Origin: Spirochaetaceae bacterium
GTDB lineage: Bacteria; Spirochaetota; Spirochaetia; Treponematales; Breznakiellaceae
Length of the DNA stretch: 40,389 bases
NCBI GenBank assembly: GCA_031265535.1
Contig: JAISCO010000322.1
Coordinates: forward strand, 1 to 40,389
Direction of reading: 5' to 3'
Each line of letters begins with the position of its first letter. Positions within the stretch are counted from its first letter, which is position 1. Shown one piece after another: positions 1-8,603 of this stretch. The notes under the pieces were generated by a model. That model ran no database searches. It saw only the letters and a list, made by a program, of their open reading frames with translations, and was not told the origin of the DNA. A program made the translations under genes and the position numbers.

Positions 1-519
1 GCCTCGTTTAATGCCGCGGTGGAAAGCGCCCGTAAGATTTTTTGCGTTCCGGTTCCCGCCTTGGCTGATATTGTCGTAGCGGCGGCGAAATTTCCGATGG
101 ACATTGATCTGTATCAGTCACAAAAAGCCATAGATAACGGCGGGATCGCGCTAAAAGACGGGGGAACTCTTATCCTGATTTCTTCCTGTAGGGACGGTAT
201 CGGGGATGAAACTTATGCCCGCTTATTGTCACAGGCCGCAAGCCCCGCGGACACCCTCCTGAAAATTGACGCGGAGTATAAACTTGGCTATCATAAAGCC
301 GCAAAGATGGCCGCGGTTTCGGAACGGGCGCTGATAAAAGCGGTGACGGAACTGCCGGAGCGGCAACTAAAAAGCCTGTTTATAGAAAAGGCTCCGTCCC
401 CCCAGCAAGCGTTGGACGAGGCGCTGGAACGGGCGCGTAAGCGTGGAACGGCGGAGCCAAAGATACTTATCCTGCCCGACGCCTGCGTTACGGTTCCCGT
501 TCCTGTTTTACCGGTATAG
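1..519 (+). CDS. LarA-family (nickel-dependent lactate racemase / DUF2088-type) protein, C-terminal ~170 aa; the 5' end lies outside the window
   Basis: Frame 1 is open from base 1 to TAG at 517-519. 'GGTLILISSCRDGIGDETYARLL...LGYHKAAKMAAV' matches my memory of the C-terminal half of LarA/DUF2088 proteins. Not verified by search. Confidence 0.55.
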   Translation, partial: ASFNAAVESARKIFCVPVPALADIVVAAAKFPMDIDLYQSQKAIDNGGIALKDGGTLILISSCRDGIGDETYARLLSQAASPADTLLKIDAEYKLGYHKAAKMAAVSERALIKAVTELPERQLKSLFIEKAPSPQQALDEALERARKRGTAEPKILILPDACVTVPVPVLPV

Positions 520-537
520 GCAGAGCGACTCACGGGC

Positions 538-960
538 TCATTTTGGCGGCGCTGCGGTTTTGTTGTACGCTATCCGGTACGTGCCGCTGTCGCCGAAATC
601 CGGGCGTACCCTGATGCGGTATGATCCGATTTCTGGCAGTTCCTGGGAGAAATACCAGTCGCCGTGTTCCCACCGATGTACCTCGTTGCCAATGGGAGAA
701 CCGTTGCGGTTAAATACCCGCACATTCATGTATTCCAAGGTGTTGAAAATGACGTGAATGTAATACGTCCCGGCGGAAGTAACGGTAAAGCTGAACCACT
801 GTTCACTGTCCTTTGCCACATTACCGTCTTTGAAGGCGCCTTCAAAGAGATGAATTGCGTTGTCCCTGTCGCCGCCTGAGCCGTCATCCGGCGTAAGCTC
901 GCAGCCCGCGAAGATGAGCGCCGCCGCGAATACGCACACGATATTTTTTATAATCATCAT
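538..960 (-). CDS. small secreted lipoprotein with a beta-rich C-terminal domain
   Basis: 140 aa. Signal peptide MMIIKNIVCVFAAALIFAGC with lipobox FAG|C. Convergent with the LarA-like gene. Confidence 0.6.
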   Translation of the reverse strand: MMIIKNIVCVFAAALIFAGCELTPDDGSGGDRDNAIHLFEGAFKDGNVAKDSEQWFSFTVTSAGTYYIHVIFNTLEYMNVRVFNRNGSPIGNEVHRWEHGDWYFSQELPEIGSYRIRVRPDFGDSGTYRIAYNKTAAPPK

Positions 961-1035
961 TACGCCTCCAATTTTTGCGCGCTTAAAGTTTAAATTCCCT
1001 GTCGCGGCAGCCGCCCGCGCAGAGAAGCCGGCCTG

Positions 1036-1746
1036 CTAATCTGGATTAACAAGCCTGATATTTGTTATAAACAAATCCGGACTGGGTTCTGTTTCACAAT
1101 ACGAGAACTGGGTAGAAGCAACATTTTGAAATGTTATGATATAAGCGCCGGTTTTTTCATCCCATACCGGAGCCTTTGCGGCCTTGTAGTTTTCACTACC
1201 CGTATCAAGTATCAGGGTTGAAGGAGGGCCAAATGACAATCCGGACCTTGCGCCCTTTCCCGCGGAACTGCTCGTCAAATATAAATCCAAATTTCCGTTT
1301 TGCGCCACAATTTTTGCTAACCATTGTTCAATGTCACTATCCCCTTTGCGAGTTTTAAGCCGGGGTTCAAAGGTGTATGTTCCATCTTTCGGCCATGCGC
1401 TCAAATTGATATATTTTGCGTTCACCCAGCCTCTGTCGCCATTGTGTTCCACCGGAAGCCAGCCGTCCCGGGATTCTCCGGTAATGGAGAGAATGTTGCC
1501 CCGCCTGATTGTCTTTACGATGCTTGAGCCGGCGGATGGCTGGGTACGGATATTCAGGCCGTTAGTGGTAACTCTGGCGGTATTCTGAGTGACGGTCTGT
1601 ATTGGCGCTGTGACAGGCACTGGGTTTTCTGCTCCGATCGCACTCTCGATAAGAGGCGCAAACAGCACTAAACTTGCGATTATCACAACGCCAACGATGA
1701 TCCACGCCGACACTTTTGCTATCGATTCCGCTTTCGCAAATGTCAT
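1036..1746 (-). CDS. membrane-anchored SH3b-domain protein
   Basis: 236 aa. N-terminal TM helix (VSAWIIVGVVIIASLVLFAPLI), then the bacterial SH3 pattern 'ARVTTNGLNIRTQPSAGSSIVKTIRRGNILSITGESRDGWLPVEHNGDRGWVNAKYI'. SD-like GGAAGG sits just upstream of the ATG. Confidence 0.7.
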   Translation of the reverse strand: MTFAKAESIAKVSAWIIVGVVIIASLVLFAPLIESAIGAENPVPVTAPIQTVTQNTARVTTNGLNIRTQPSAGSSIVKTIRRGNILSITGESRDGWLPVEHNGDRGWVNAKYINLSAWPKDGTYTFEPRLKTRKGDSDIEQWLAKIVAQNGNLDLYLTSSSAGKGARSGLSFGPPSTLILDTGSENYKAAKAPVWDEKTGAYIITFQNVASTQFSYCETEPSPDLFITNIRLVNPD

Positions 1747-1752
1747 ATAAAA

Positions 1753-1783
1753 CCTTCCTTTCCGCCGTTATGCCGCGGAACAC
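1753..1783 (-). promoter_or_regulatory. conserved 5' leader cassette, class 1 (copy 1 of 4)
   Basis: Minus-strand reading is GTGTTCCGCGGCATAACGGCGGAAAGGAAGG followed by ATG. Near-identical cassettes lie at 28232-28260, 34385-34415 and 39465-39490. This copy fills the 46-nt gap between the ParB-like gene and the SH3b gene. Confidence 0.55.
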
Positions 1784-1792
1784 TCTTAGAAC

Positions 1793-2215
1793 TTACATCT
1801 CTTGCTCGATTTCTTCCGATTCGTCCGGTTCATTGCCGGGTTTCTCATTGGCACGGGAGTTATCCGCGTCCTGTGACTGTTTATTTTCGATGTACTTGCC
1901 GGTAACATTGACTTTTATAGGTCGGTTCAGTTCTTTTGATGCGGCGATACGATGATTCCCGTCTTTCTCCAGCACATACTGATCGCTGCAACGGGATACT
2001 TCAGGAGGCGCAGCCTCATCCGCTCGTCCGGACTGAACAAAATCCATATATTCCTCTTTTGTACGTCCGTGATGATTCCAGAATTTAGGGTCATTGGCAT
2101 TCCATTCTTTATCCTCGATAATATCATGCGGATTGACGACCGCCTCATTTTCGGGGCAGTGTTCCCATTTTATTTCGCCGGACCGGCGCTTCTGTTCAAA
2201 TTGCTCTCTGTTCAT
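1793..2215 (-). CDS. small ParB/sulfiredoxin-like protein (DGNHR motif), last gene of the long operon
   Basis: 140 aa. SD AGGAGG before the ATG, 12 nt downstream of the preceding gene. 'YVLEKDGNHRIAASKEL' resembles the ParB N-terminal-domain DGxHR motif. Acidic C-terminal tail. Confidence 0.45.
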   Translation of the reverse strand: MNREQFEQKRRSGEIKWEHCPENEAVVNPHDIIEDKEWNANDPKFWNHHGRTKEEYMDFVQSGRADEAAPPEVSRCSDQYVLEKDGNHRIAASKELNRPIKVNVTGKYIENKQSQDADNSRANEKPGNEPDESEEIEQEM

Positions 2216-2227
2216 GTAGAGCCTCCT

Positions 2228-3814
2228 TTATATTTTTAGTGATGACACGACATTTTGGAACAATGCGCTCTGCTGTAAAAACCATGTAATCGGTTCCAAC
2301 ACGCCCCAGGGCTCATACTTCTGGCCATAAGCCGCAGGATGTCCCATAGCGCTGACGGGGTAATACTGAACTTTGTTAAACTTAGCGTCTATGAGATTCA
2401 CCGCGTTGCTAAAACCGCGGTTATCCAGGAAAGCGCGGCATACTCCGTTTCTGACGAGATCCCTGCTTGTGCCGCCTTTTGTATCGGCGTACTTTTGAGC
2501 GTTGGAACTAAAAGTAGCCGCTATCTTAGGCAGACCGATTTCCTGCCTGTACAAATCGGCTTTTGTAATCAAAACGGCAATCGGCACATCGGAGGTTTTC
2601 ATGGAACGGAGTCCTTTCAAGCCCTCGAATTCACGGATAAAACCGGATACCGCATCTGATATATGCGTAGGGGAAGCGGTCGGGTCTATAATAAAAGCTA
2701 TCCCCTCGCAGTATTGAAATTGCTCCTGCTGAGTATCACTTGCAAAATCCGAAAACGCCTCTCCCGCAATATCATAGATAGTCATCTGAACGGGCGTTTT
2801 TTTCCCCTCCCTATGGATTACGCTGTACATATTTGCGTTGCGTTCCGCTGTAGTTGAGCTATTGCCGTTCTGAAACCATTCTTCCAAAACGGCAAACGCA
2901 TCTTCGGGCGCTGCGGTGATCGAAATGCCGCGCATACTTTTTAGCCGCTCCAAATACTCATGCCAAAACGCGGCAAGAAAACTAGTCTTTCCCGATTCTT
3001 TGGCGCCGACAAGCTGAATTCCGAATTGCCGCGCGTCGCTTGCCGCCAGCCCGGAAGCGCATTTTGGGCACTCAGCCTTTAACCTGGAGCGGCCATTGAA
3101 GCAGGCAGTGGGCAGGCGCTTTCCGCAAGAACATTTTTGCGTCAATATTCCGTATGGCCCGGGGGTTAGTTTCTCGTGACGCATACCGCATTTAGGGCAG
3201 ATGAAAACCGGCACTATCGAAATCCGCTTACAAGCGGGGCACCGGCTCTGAATTGCCTTGAACATCAGGATTAGTCTGTCTATCCCCCAAAAGGGCGCAA
3301 AAAAAACATAAAATACGCACATCACCGGAACGAGGAGTATAGGCATTAGCAGCGAAAAAACGGCTATCCACGCGAAACCAAATACAGAGGCGCAGAAGGC
3401 CGCAATCCCATAGAATATATAAATCCACATATCCAAAAACCATACGCCGGGCGCCTTATCGTCTCGCCAGTCTCCAAGGTCTTCCAGGCGATCTTTTTGA
3501 AAAGATAAGGCGTCTTTTACCGTAATTGATATTTGGTGGTAGCCCGGCCCAAAGAAGTAATTTTTCTTTACCCCGGAATGAGCGGACGGCGATTTGTCAA
3601 CATAGGTCGTGTAGGGGTTTATGTGTACCAGCAGCGAAGTGATAAAGCTCACAAGCGATGTATAAAAGCCATATACGACACCCGCTACCAAAGCTATAGC
3701 TAATATGGTTCCCAACAATACTCCCGCTGCCGGCAAAACAAATGGTATAATAACCTTAGTTACCAACAGGTAAAGCAGGTAGATAACTATCACGCCCGCT
3801 ATTACATAACCCAT
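2228..3814 (-). CDS. polytopic membrane protein fused to Zn-ribbons and a P-loop GTPase; third paralogue of the locus GTPase family
   Basis: 528 aa with about 5-6 N-terminal TM helices. Cys pairs CPAC...CPKC and CSC...CPKC. G1 GAKESGKT, G3 YDIAGE, G4 ITKADL. The C-terminal 'YYPVSAMG...WGVLEPITWFLQQS' parallels 'FFGVSSFG...HRVLDPILWLFKKS' of the two soluble GTPases. Confidence 0.8.
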   Translation of the reverse strand: MGYVIAGVIVIYLLYLLVTKVIIPFVLPAAGVLLGTILAIALVAGVVYGFYTSLVSFITSLLVHINPYTTYVDKSPSAHSGVKKNYFFGPGYHQISITVKDALSFQKDRLEDLGDWRDDKAPGVWFLDMWIYIFYGIAAFCASVFGFAWIAVFSLLMPILLVPVMCVFYVFFAPFWGIDRLILMFKAIQSRCPACKRISIVPVFICPKCGMRHEKLTPGPYGILTQKCSCGKRLPTACFNGRSRLKAECPKCASGLAASDARQFGIQLVGAKESGKTSFLAAFWHEYLERLKSMRGISITAAPEDAFAVLEEWFQNGNSSTTAERNANMYSVIHREGKKTPVQMTIYDIAGEAFSDFASDTQQEQFQYCEGIAFIIDPTASPTHISDAVSGFIREFEGLKGLRSMKTSDVPIAVLITKADLYRQEIGLPKIAATFSSNAQKYADTKGGTSRDLVRNGVCRAFLDNRGFSNAVNLIDAKFNKVQYYPVSAMGHPAAYGQKYEPWGVLEPITWFLQQSALFQNVVSSLKI

Positions 3815-3844
3815 ATAGAATACCTCCTTTGTAGAGTTATAGAA

Positions 3845-6373
3845 TTATTCATCATCGCGCTCGTCTCCTGAGAACATTCTGAAAAATTTGCCAAAACCGG
3901 ACCGTGGTCTCTGTGCCCGGATTTTTTCTTTTGCCTCACCCGCAACGCGCACGAAATAATCACGCGCCTCTTTCGATACCGGCATAGAGCTCAGTTTAGC
4001 CAGTGCCTTATCTCCGAGCTTAAGCTTTACGCAGACGTCAATAATGGCATCGTCGACGGCGCGGCTGCCCATCTTTGCGGCAACGGCTGTCAAGATACAC
4101 CATTCCTCGTTTCGTTTTGGCTTTGTCATGCCAAGAATGGTATCTACAAGTTCCGCCATATACGAAGGGGCGCGGGCAAACAACCGGATGATATACTCCA
4201 GTTCCTTTTGGTTCATCTGAGCCTTAAACAGTATCTTTGTTAAAGCCTGAATATAGTCCGGGTCGTCTATGGACGGAAAGCGCTGTGGTTTCAATTCATC
4301 GAAAATACTTGTGAACCGCGGTCTAGTGAGCCTGTCGTTAAGCAACTCCAGCGCATAGAGATGGGCCGAGTTTGGGCATACCGCTTCCTTGGGTTTCGTT
4401 TTCTGTATGGCGAGCGCCGCGCTCGCGCCGCCTTTTTCGGTGATAACGAGTCTGTAGTCAAGATACTGAAAAAGCTCCGCCGTATCGCGTCCGCCGGGGG
4501 GCTGAAATTTCATGACCAGATTGATGAACTGTTCGATGCCGGCGGGCCCTGACAAATCGCGGATACGGTACTTCAAAACAGATACAAAAAGATTTTCTAT
4601 CCCTTCCTGTTTAAGTTTTTTTAGGAAAGCCAGCGTGGATGCATCCGAAGCGATAATCGATTCATCGGCTTCAACAAGGAATTTAACGATGAATTCCGCA
4701 TAATCCTTTTCCGCTTTCTTTGCAATGGAAAGCAGTATATTTTGGGTGGAGATCTGCCTGTTCTGGGACAGAGCCTTAATGATCTTGCGGGCTGAGTTTG
4801 TGTCGTTCCCGCGCAGGCATAATCGCAGTCCATAGTCAACTATGTTTTTTAGGTTTTGCGCACCGACATTGCCCAGGAACGCCGCGCATTCAAGATAAAT
4901 GAGGACAAATGTAATACCCTCAGGGGCCGTAAACTGCTTAACCTGTGTACCATAATTCTGTAATGTCGATGGTTCCACAAGGAAGCCGGCCACGGCGGAC
5001 GCAAATTCGCTGCCGCGAATGTTTTCCCAAAAGCTAGAGATTCTCCGGGCATCCGGTTTGCTAAAGACTAGTCCGGCAAACTCTCCGCACACGATGCCGG
5101 TTAACTGCAGCGAAGCGTCCTTGTCTCCAAGCGTCTTTGAAACCGTTTGCAGCCATTTGATTATCCGCAGCGCACTGTTCAGGTTATCACGCAAAAAGCG
5201 CTTTAGCTCCGTCCTGATACGATTATACAGATTTTTAAGCATTTGACTGTTAAACATTCTGTATTTGTCCAGGACGGAGAGGTTTTTTTCAAGCGTCTCC
5301 GCGTTCGGAAGAGAAACGGTATCCACCAGGGCTGTAAAACACTCAAACAAGCTGTAGATGTCGTAATGCGGCGAGTCAATATCCAGCATTTGCAGGAATT
5401 CGCGGCAGAAAATCTGGTGCTTATGGTCGAAGGCGCTTATAAGACGATAGTAACGATGCGAAGTATCCGCTTCAAAAGCCGCGCGTTTTTCCTTGCCGTC
5501 AAGCAGCACGAACGGTGAATTGGCAAGGGGGCGGGCCGCCGCCGTATTTGTCCGGTCCCGTTCATCAACGCCGACAATCATGGCGCGGTAACGTTGTTTT
5601 TGCTTGGGGTCTTGAAGATTTATTTGTGTTTGATAGACGCCCGCCTGGTTAACGGTGTAGCGATTGGCGGCAGCAAACCCATCCATCCTCGTTGCAAACG
5701 GGACGGCGGACGCTATGCGGGGCGAAAAAGCGAGTTCAATCGCCGCGATCCACAATTCAACCTTTTCGGACGACTCGTCTCGAATCACAAGGAACTTTCG
5801 GCTTTCGGGAGGTTGTTCATACTGGAAAATCAAAAACGAGACAGCCGACATGAGCGCTTCTTTGCGCCCGTCCGAAATGAACGCGGTGATCTTGTCAATA
5901 TTGATTTGCCCGGCGGGGGCGTTCACTTCACGGGCAGGCAGCGGGGCGGACGGCTTCTCATAGTAGTACGCCTCGCCGCGTCCCTTCGCGTTCCAGACGG
6001 CGCTATCCCTAAACAATTCGAATGGATAGAAGCCGGAAAAGTCGCCGGCAATAATTTGGTTCACGAAATTACCGGGGCGATGGGAATAATCACCCTTGGC
6101 ATCCGGGTCATAAGGACGCGGATGAAAGTCAAGCATGAAGCTGTTACCCTTATCCGGGACAAAATACAAATATGCGTCATCCATAAATGCGGGATCGTTG
6201 TAGGGCTGTTTTTTCTGCGCGGCGTCGAACAGGAACGGAAGGTCGGCGCTGCCGTCCTCCATCAGAGCGGGCGTGCAGGAATAGACCTTAAACCCGTCCC
6301 CCGGAATGCTTCTCCCCGTCTTTAGTATGTCGATGCCGTTTCGGCAGTGAGTGTAAATCAGTTCGGAATACAT
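3845..6373 (-). CDS. 842-aa mostly helical cytoplasmic protein, possibly GAP1-like (GTPase-associated protein)
   Basis: Long ORF with SD GGAGG, 14 nt downstream of the GTPase pair. The N-terminus 'MYSELIYTHCRNGIDIL...GDGFKVYSCTP' resembles the LxYTSC...G..GFQ pattern I remember for GAP1 N-terminal domains. I saw no catalytic motif. Confidence 0.55.
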   Translation of the reverse strand: MYSELIYTHCRNGIDILKTGRSIPGDGFKVYSCTPALMEDGSADLPFLFDAAQKKQPYNDPAFMDDAYLYFVPDKGNSFMLDFHPRPYDPDAKGDYSHRPGNFVNQIIAGDFSGFYPFELFRDSAVWNAKGRGEAYYYEKPSAPLPAREVNAPAGQINIDKITAFISDGRKEALMSAVSFLIFQYEQPPESRKFLVIRDESSEKVELWIAAIELAFSPRIASAVPFATRMDGFAAANRYTVNQAGVYQTQINLQDPKQKQRYRAMIVGVDERDRTNTAAARPLANSPFVLLDGKEKRAAFEADTSHRYYRLISAFDHKHQIFCREFLQMLDIDSPHYDIYSLFECFTALVDTVSLPNAETLEKNLSVLDKYRMFNSQMLKNLYNRIRTELKRFLRDNLNSALRIIKWLQTVSKTLGDKDASLQLTGIVCGEFAGLVFSKPDARRISSFWENIRGSEFASAVAGFLVEPSTLQNYGTQVKQFTAPEGITFVLIYLECAAFLGNVGAQNLKNIVDYGLRLCLRGNDTNSARKIIKALSQNRQISTQNILLSIAKKAEKDYAEFIVKFLVEADESIIASDASTLAFLKKLKQEGIENLFVSVLKYRIRDLSGPAGIEQFINLVMKFQPPGGRDTAELFQYLDYRLVITEKGGASAALAIQKTKPKEAVCPNSAHLYALELLNDRLTRPRFTSIFDELKPQRFPSIDDPDYIQALTKILFKAQMNQKELEYIIRLFARAPSYMAELVDTILGMTKPKRNEEWCILTAVAAKMGSRAVDDAIIDVCVKLKLGDKALAKLSSMPVSKEARDYFVRVAGEAKEKIRAQRPRSGFGKFFRMFSGDERDDE

Positions 6374-6387
6374 GTTAATTCCTCCTT

Positions 6388-7488
6388 TTAATCAATGAAC
6401 TTTGACTTCTTAAAGAGCCACAGTATAGGGTCCAATACGCGGTGCGGCTGAATGTCGTTCACCAGGGTATCTCTGGTTACCGGGGGCTTGCCAAAACTTG
6501 AAACGCCGAAAAAATAAAATTCCTTAAAGTGCGACTCCAGCATAGTGATGAACGCGTCTTCCCTGATTTCACAGAGCCAGTTGCGGATTTCGCCGTCTAC
6601 CTGCTCAATTTCGGTTGTATCAAGCTTACCGTTTCGAATGTTAAGGCTTTTGCTCTTTATAAGTGCGCGAGGCCCGAATGATCTGTGATTGATGATAGTG
6701 TCGAACTTTGTCAAAACGACGGCAACGGGGATTTCCAGCAACTGAGAGGCTCTTATCCCTCTTGCCGACTTGATATACGAAACCACGTTGTTGATGACGT
6801 CGGCGGCATTTTTCGTTTTGCCTGAAAATCCAGCGAGTGAATTCGTCATGACATCCGGGTCAACGACACCGCCCCTCCGTATGCCGGACAGCACGAGAGG
6901 GTCAATGACGAGGATGATTGCTTTCGAGGCTTCTATATACCGGCATACGGTCGATGAAGTATCGAGGTTTTCGTGATCTTCACCGGCGCCGTCAAAGATG
7001 GTAAATGTATAAACAGGTGTTTCATTCTTAGTCTTTCTCGCCAAATTGCTAATTTGCCATATCTGCGGCATATTTGCTCCTGATTGCGTACCTTCAGCAC
7101 GTGTATGGTCCTCATAGATACGCCTGTAGTTTCCATCCTGGTGGTCATGCGTCTCTTTGGTCTGGTCCGCTAAAGACAGCTTTAAGCCCGGTACCCCCCT
7201 TCCTAATTCATGCAGCATGACCGTGATGTAATTCGTCTTGCCGGAGTTAGACACGCCGACAATGCTGAAAGGCAGGTTTGGCGTTTCAAGAGATGTTTTG
7301 GGAATATCATTGAGGCAGCTTGGGCATCTGCGTACTTTAGCAATACGGCCGCACTTCCGGCATTTAATCGGCTCTCTCTCAAAAGCCTTTGGGGTCACTA
7401 TTCCTCCGCATCCATCTTCAGTACAGACATAAAGCACTTTGCTTTTGTCGTACTCCCGAATGCAGAATGGGCATGTAAATTTCGCCAT
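6388..7488 (-). CDS. double Zn-ribbon + P-loop GTPase (tandem paralogue 2)
   Basis: 366 aa. Cys pairs CPFC, C..GC, CRKC, CPSC. G1 GVSNSGKT, G3 FDGAGED, G4 LTKFD. First 22 aa and last ~40 aa are identical or near-identical to the neighbour at 7506-8594. Confidence 0.85.
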   Translation of the reverse strand: MAKFTCPFCIREYDKSKVLYVCTEDGCGGIVTPKAFEREPIKCRKCGRIAKVRRCPSCLNDIPKTSLETPNLPFSIVGVSNSGKTNYITVMLHELGRGVPGLKLSLADQTKETHDHQDGNYRRIYEDHTRAEGTQSGANMPQIWQISNLARKTKNETPVYTFTIFDGAGEDHENLDTSSTVCRYIEASKAIILVIDPLVLSGIRRGGVVDPDVMTNSLAGFSGKTKNAADVINNVVSYIKSARGIRASQLLEIPVAVVLTKFDTIINHRSFGPRALIKSKSLNIRNGKLDTTEIEQVDGEIRNWLCEIREDAFITMLESHFKEFYFFGVSSFGKPPVTRDTLVNDIQPHRVLDPILWLFKKSKFID

Positions 7489-7505
7489 TTTTTTCTCCTA
7501 TATTT

Positions 7506-8594
7506 TTAATCAATGAACTTTGACTTCTTAAAGAGCCATAGTATCGGGTCCAATACGCGGTGCGGACGAATGTCGTTCACCAGGGTATCTTTAGTTACCG
7601 GGGGCTTGCCAAAACTTGAAACGGCAAAGAAATAAAATTCTTTAAAATGTGATTCCAGTACGTTGATGAACGCGCTTTCCCCAATTTCACGGAGCCAGGT
7701 GCGAATTTCGCCGTCTACCTGCTCAATTTCGGTTGTATCCAGCTTGCCATTTCGAATAACACGGCTTTCTCTCTTTATAGTGGCCTGAGGCCCGAACGAC
7801 TTGTGATTGATGATAGTGTCGAACTTTGTCAAAACGACAGCAACGGGAATTTCCAGCAACTGAGAGACTCTTATCTCTCTCTCCGACTTGATATACGAAA
7901 CCACGTTGTTGATGACATCAGCGGTATTTTTCACTCCGTTTAAGCATCCGCTGCTTGAGTTCGCCATGACATCCGGGTCGACTACACCGCCCCTCCGTAT
8001 GCCGGACAGCACGAGAGGGTCAATGACTAGGATGATTGCTTTCGAAGCTTTGATATACCGACATTCAGTCGATGAAGTATCAAGGTTTTCATGATCCACG
8101 CCGGCGCCGTCAAAGATGGTAACTGTATAAGCAGATGCCATGCCTCTATGCTTTTTATTTAGATTCGTGACGCACCATATCTGCGGCATATTTGCTCCTG
8201 ATTGTGTACTTTCAGCACGGGTATGTTTCTCATAGATACGCTCGTAGTTTTCCCTCTGATGTTTATGTGTCTCAATGGTCAGGGGCTTCAAAAACAGGCC
8301 CAAGTCCGATGCCCTCCCCAATTCATGCAGCATAGCCGTGATATAACTCGTCTTGCCGGAGTTATCCACACCAACAATGCTGAAAGGCAGGTTGGGCGTT
8401 TCAAGAACCGCTTGGGGAACATAATTGCAGCAGAATGGGCATTCGCTAACAGCAACACGGCCGCACTTCCGGCACTTAATCGGCTCTCTCTCAAAAATTT
8501 TTGGAGTCGCTGTTTCTTTGCATTCAAGGCAGACATAAAGCACTTTGCTTTTGTCGTACTCCCGAATGCAGAATGGACATGTAAATTTCGCCAT
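7506..8594 (-). CDS. double Zn-ribbon + P-loop GTPase (tandem paralogue 1)
   Basis: 362 aa. Cys pairs CPFC, CLEC, CRKC, CPFCC. G1 GVDNSGKT, G3 FDGAGVD, G4 LTKFD. SD AGGAGA. Starts 9 nt after the stop of the upstream gene. Confidence 0.85.
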   Translation of the reverse strand: MAKFTCPFCIREYDKSKVLYVCLECKETATPKIFEREPIKCRKCGRVAVSECPFCCNYVPQAVLETPNLPFSIVGVDNSGKTSYITAMLHELGRASDLGLFLKPLTIETHKHQRENYERIYEKHTRAESTQSGANMPQIWCVTNLNKKHRGMASAYTVTIFDGAGVDHENLDTSSTECRYIKASKAIILVIDPLVLSGIRRGGVVDPDVMANSSSGCLNGVKNTADVINNVVSYIKSEREIRVSQLLEIPVAVVLTKFDTIINHKSFGPQATIKRESRVIRNGKLDTTEIEQVDGEIRTWLREIGESAFINVLESHFKEFYFFAVSSFGKPPVTKDTLVNDIRPHRVLDPILWLFKKSKFID

Positions 8595-8603
8595 TTTTCT
8601 CTC

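Noticed and set aside
5594-6325. Long antisense ORFs inside the big minus-strand genes. Examples are 5594-6325 +, 9919-10623 +, 10326-10853 +, 12797-13429 +, 16162-17031 +, 16257-17024 - (off-frame), 19121-19576 + and 21183-21917 +.
   Set aside because: They lie entirely within much longer ORFs that carry clear domain motifs and SDs. Their translations are low-complexity (R/S/P/F-rich) or simply mirror the repeats of the true frame. None has an SD.
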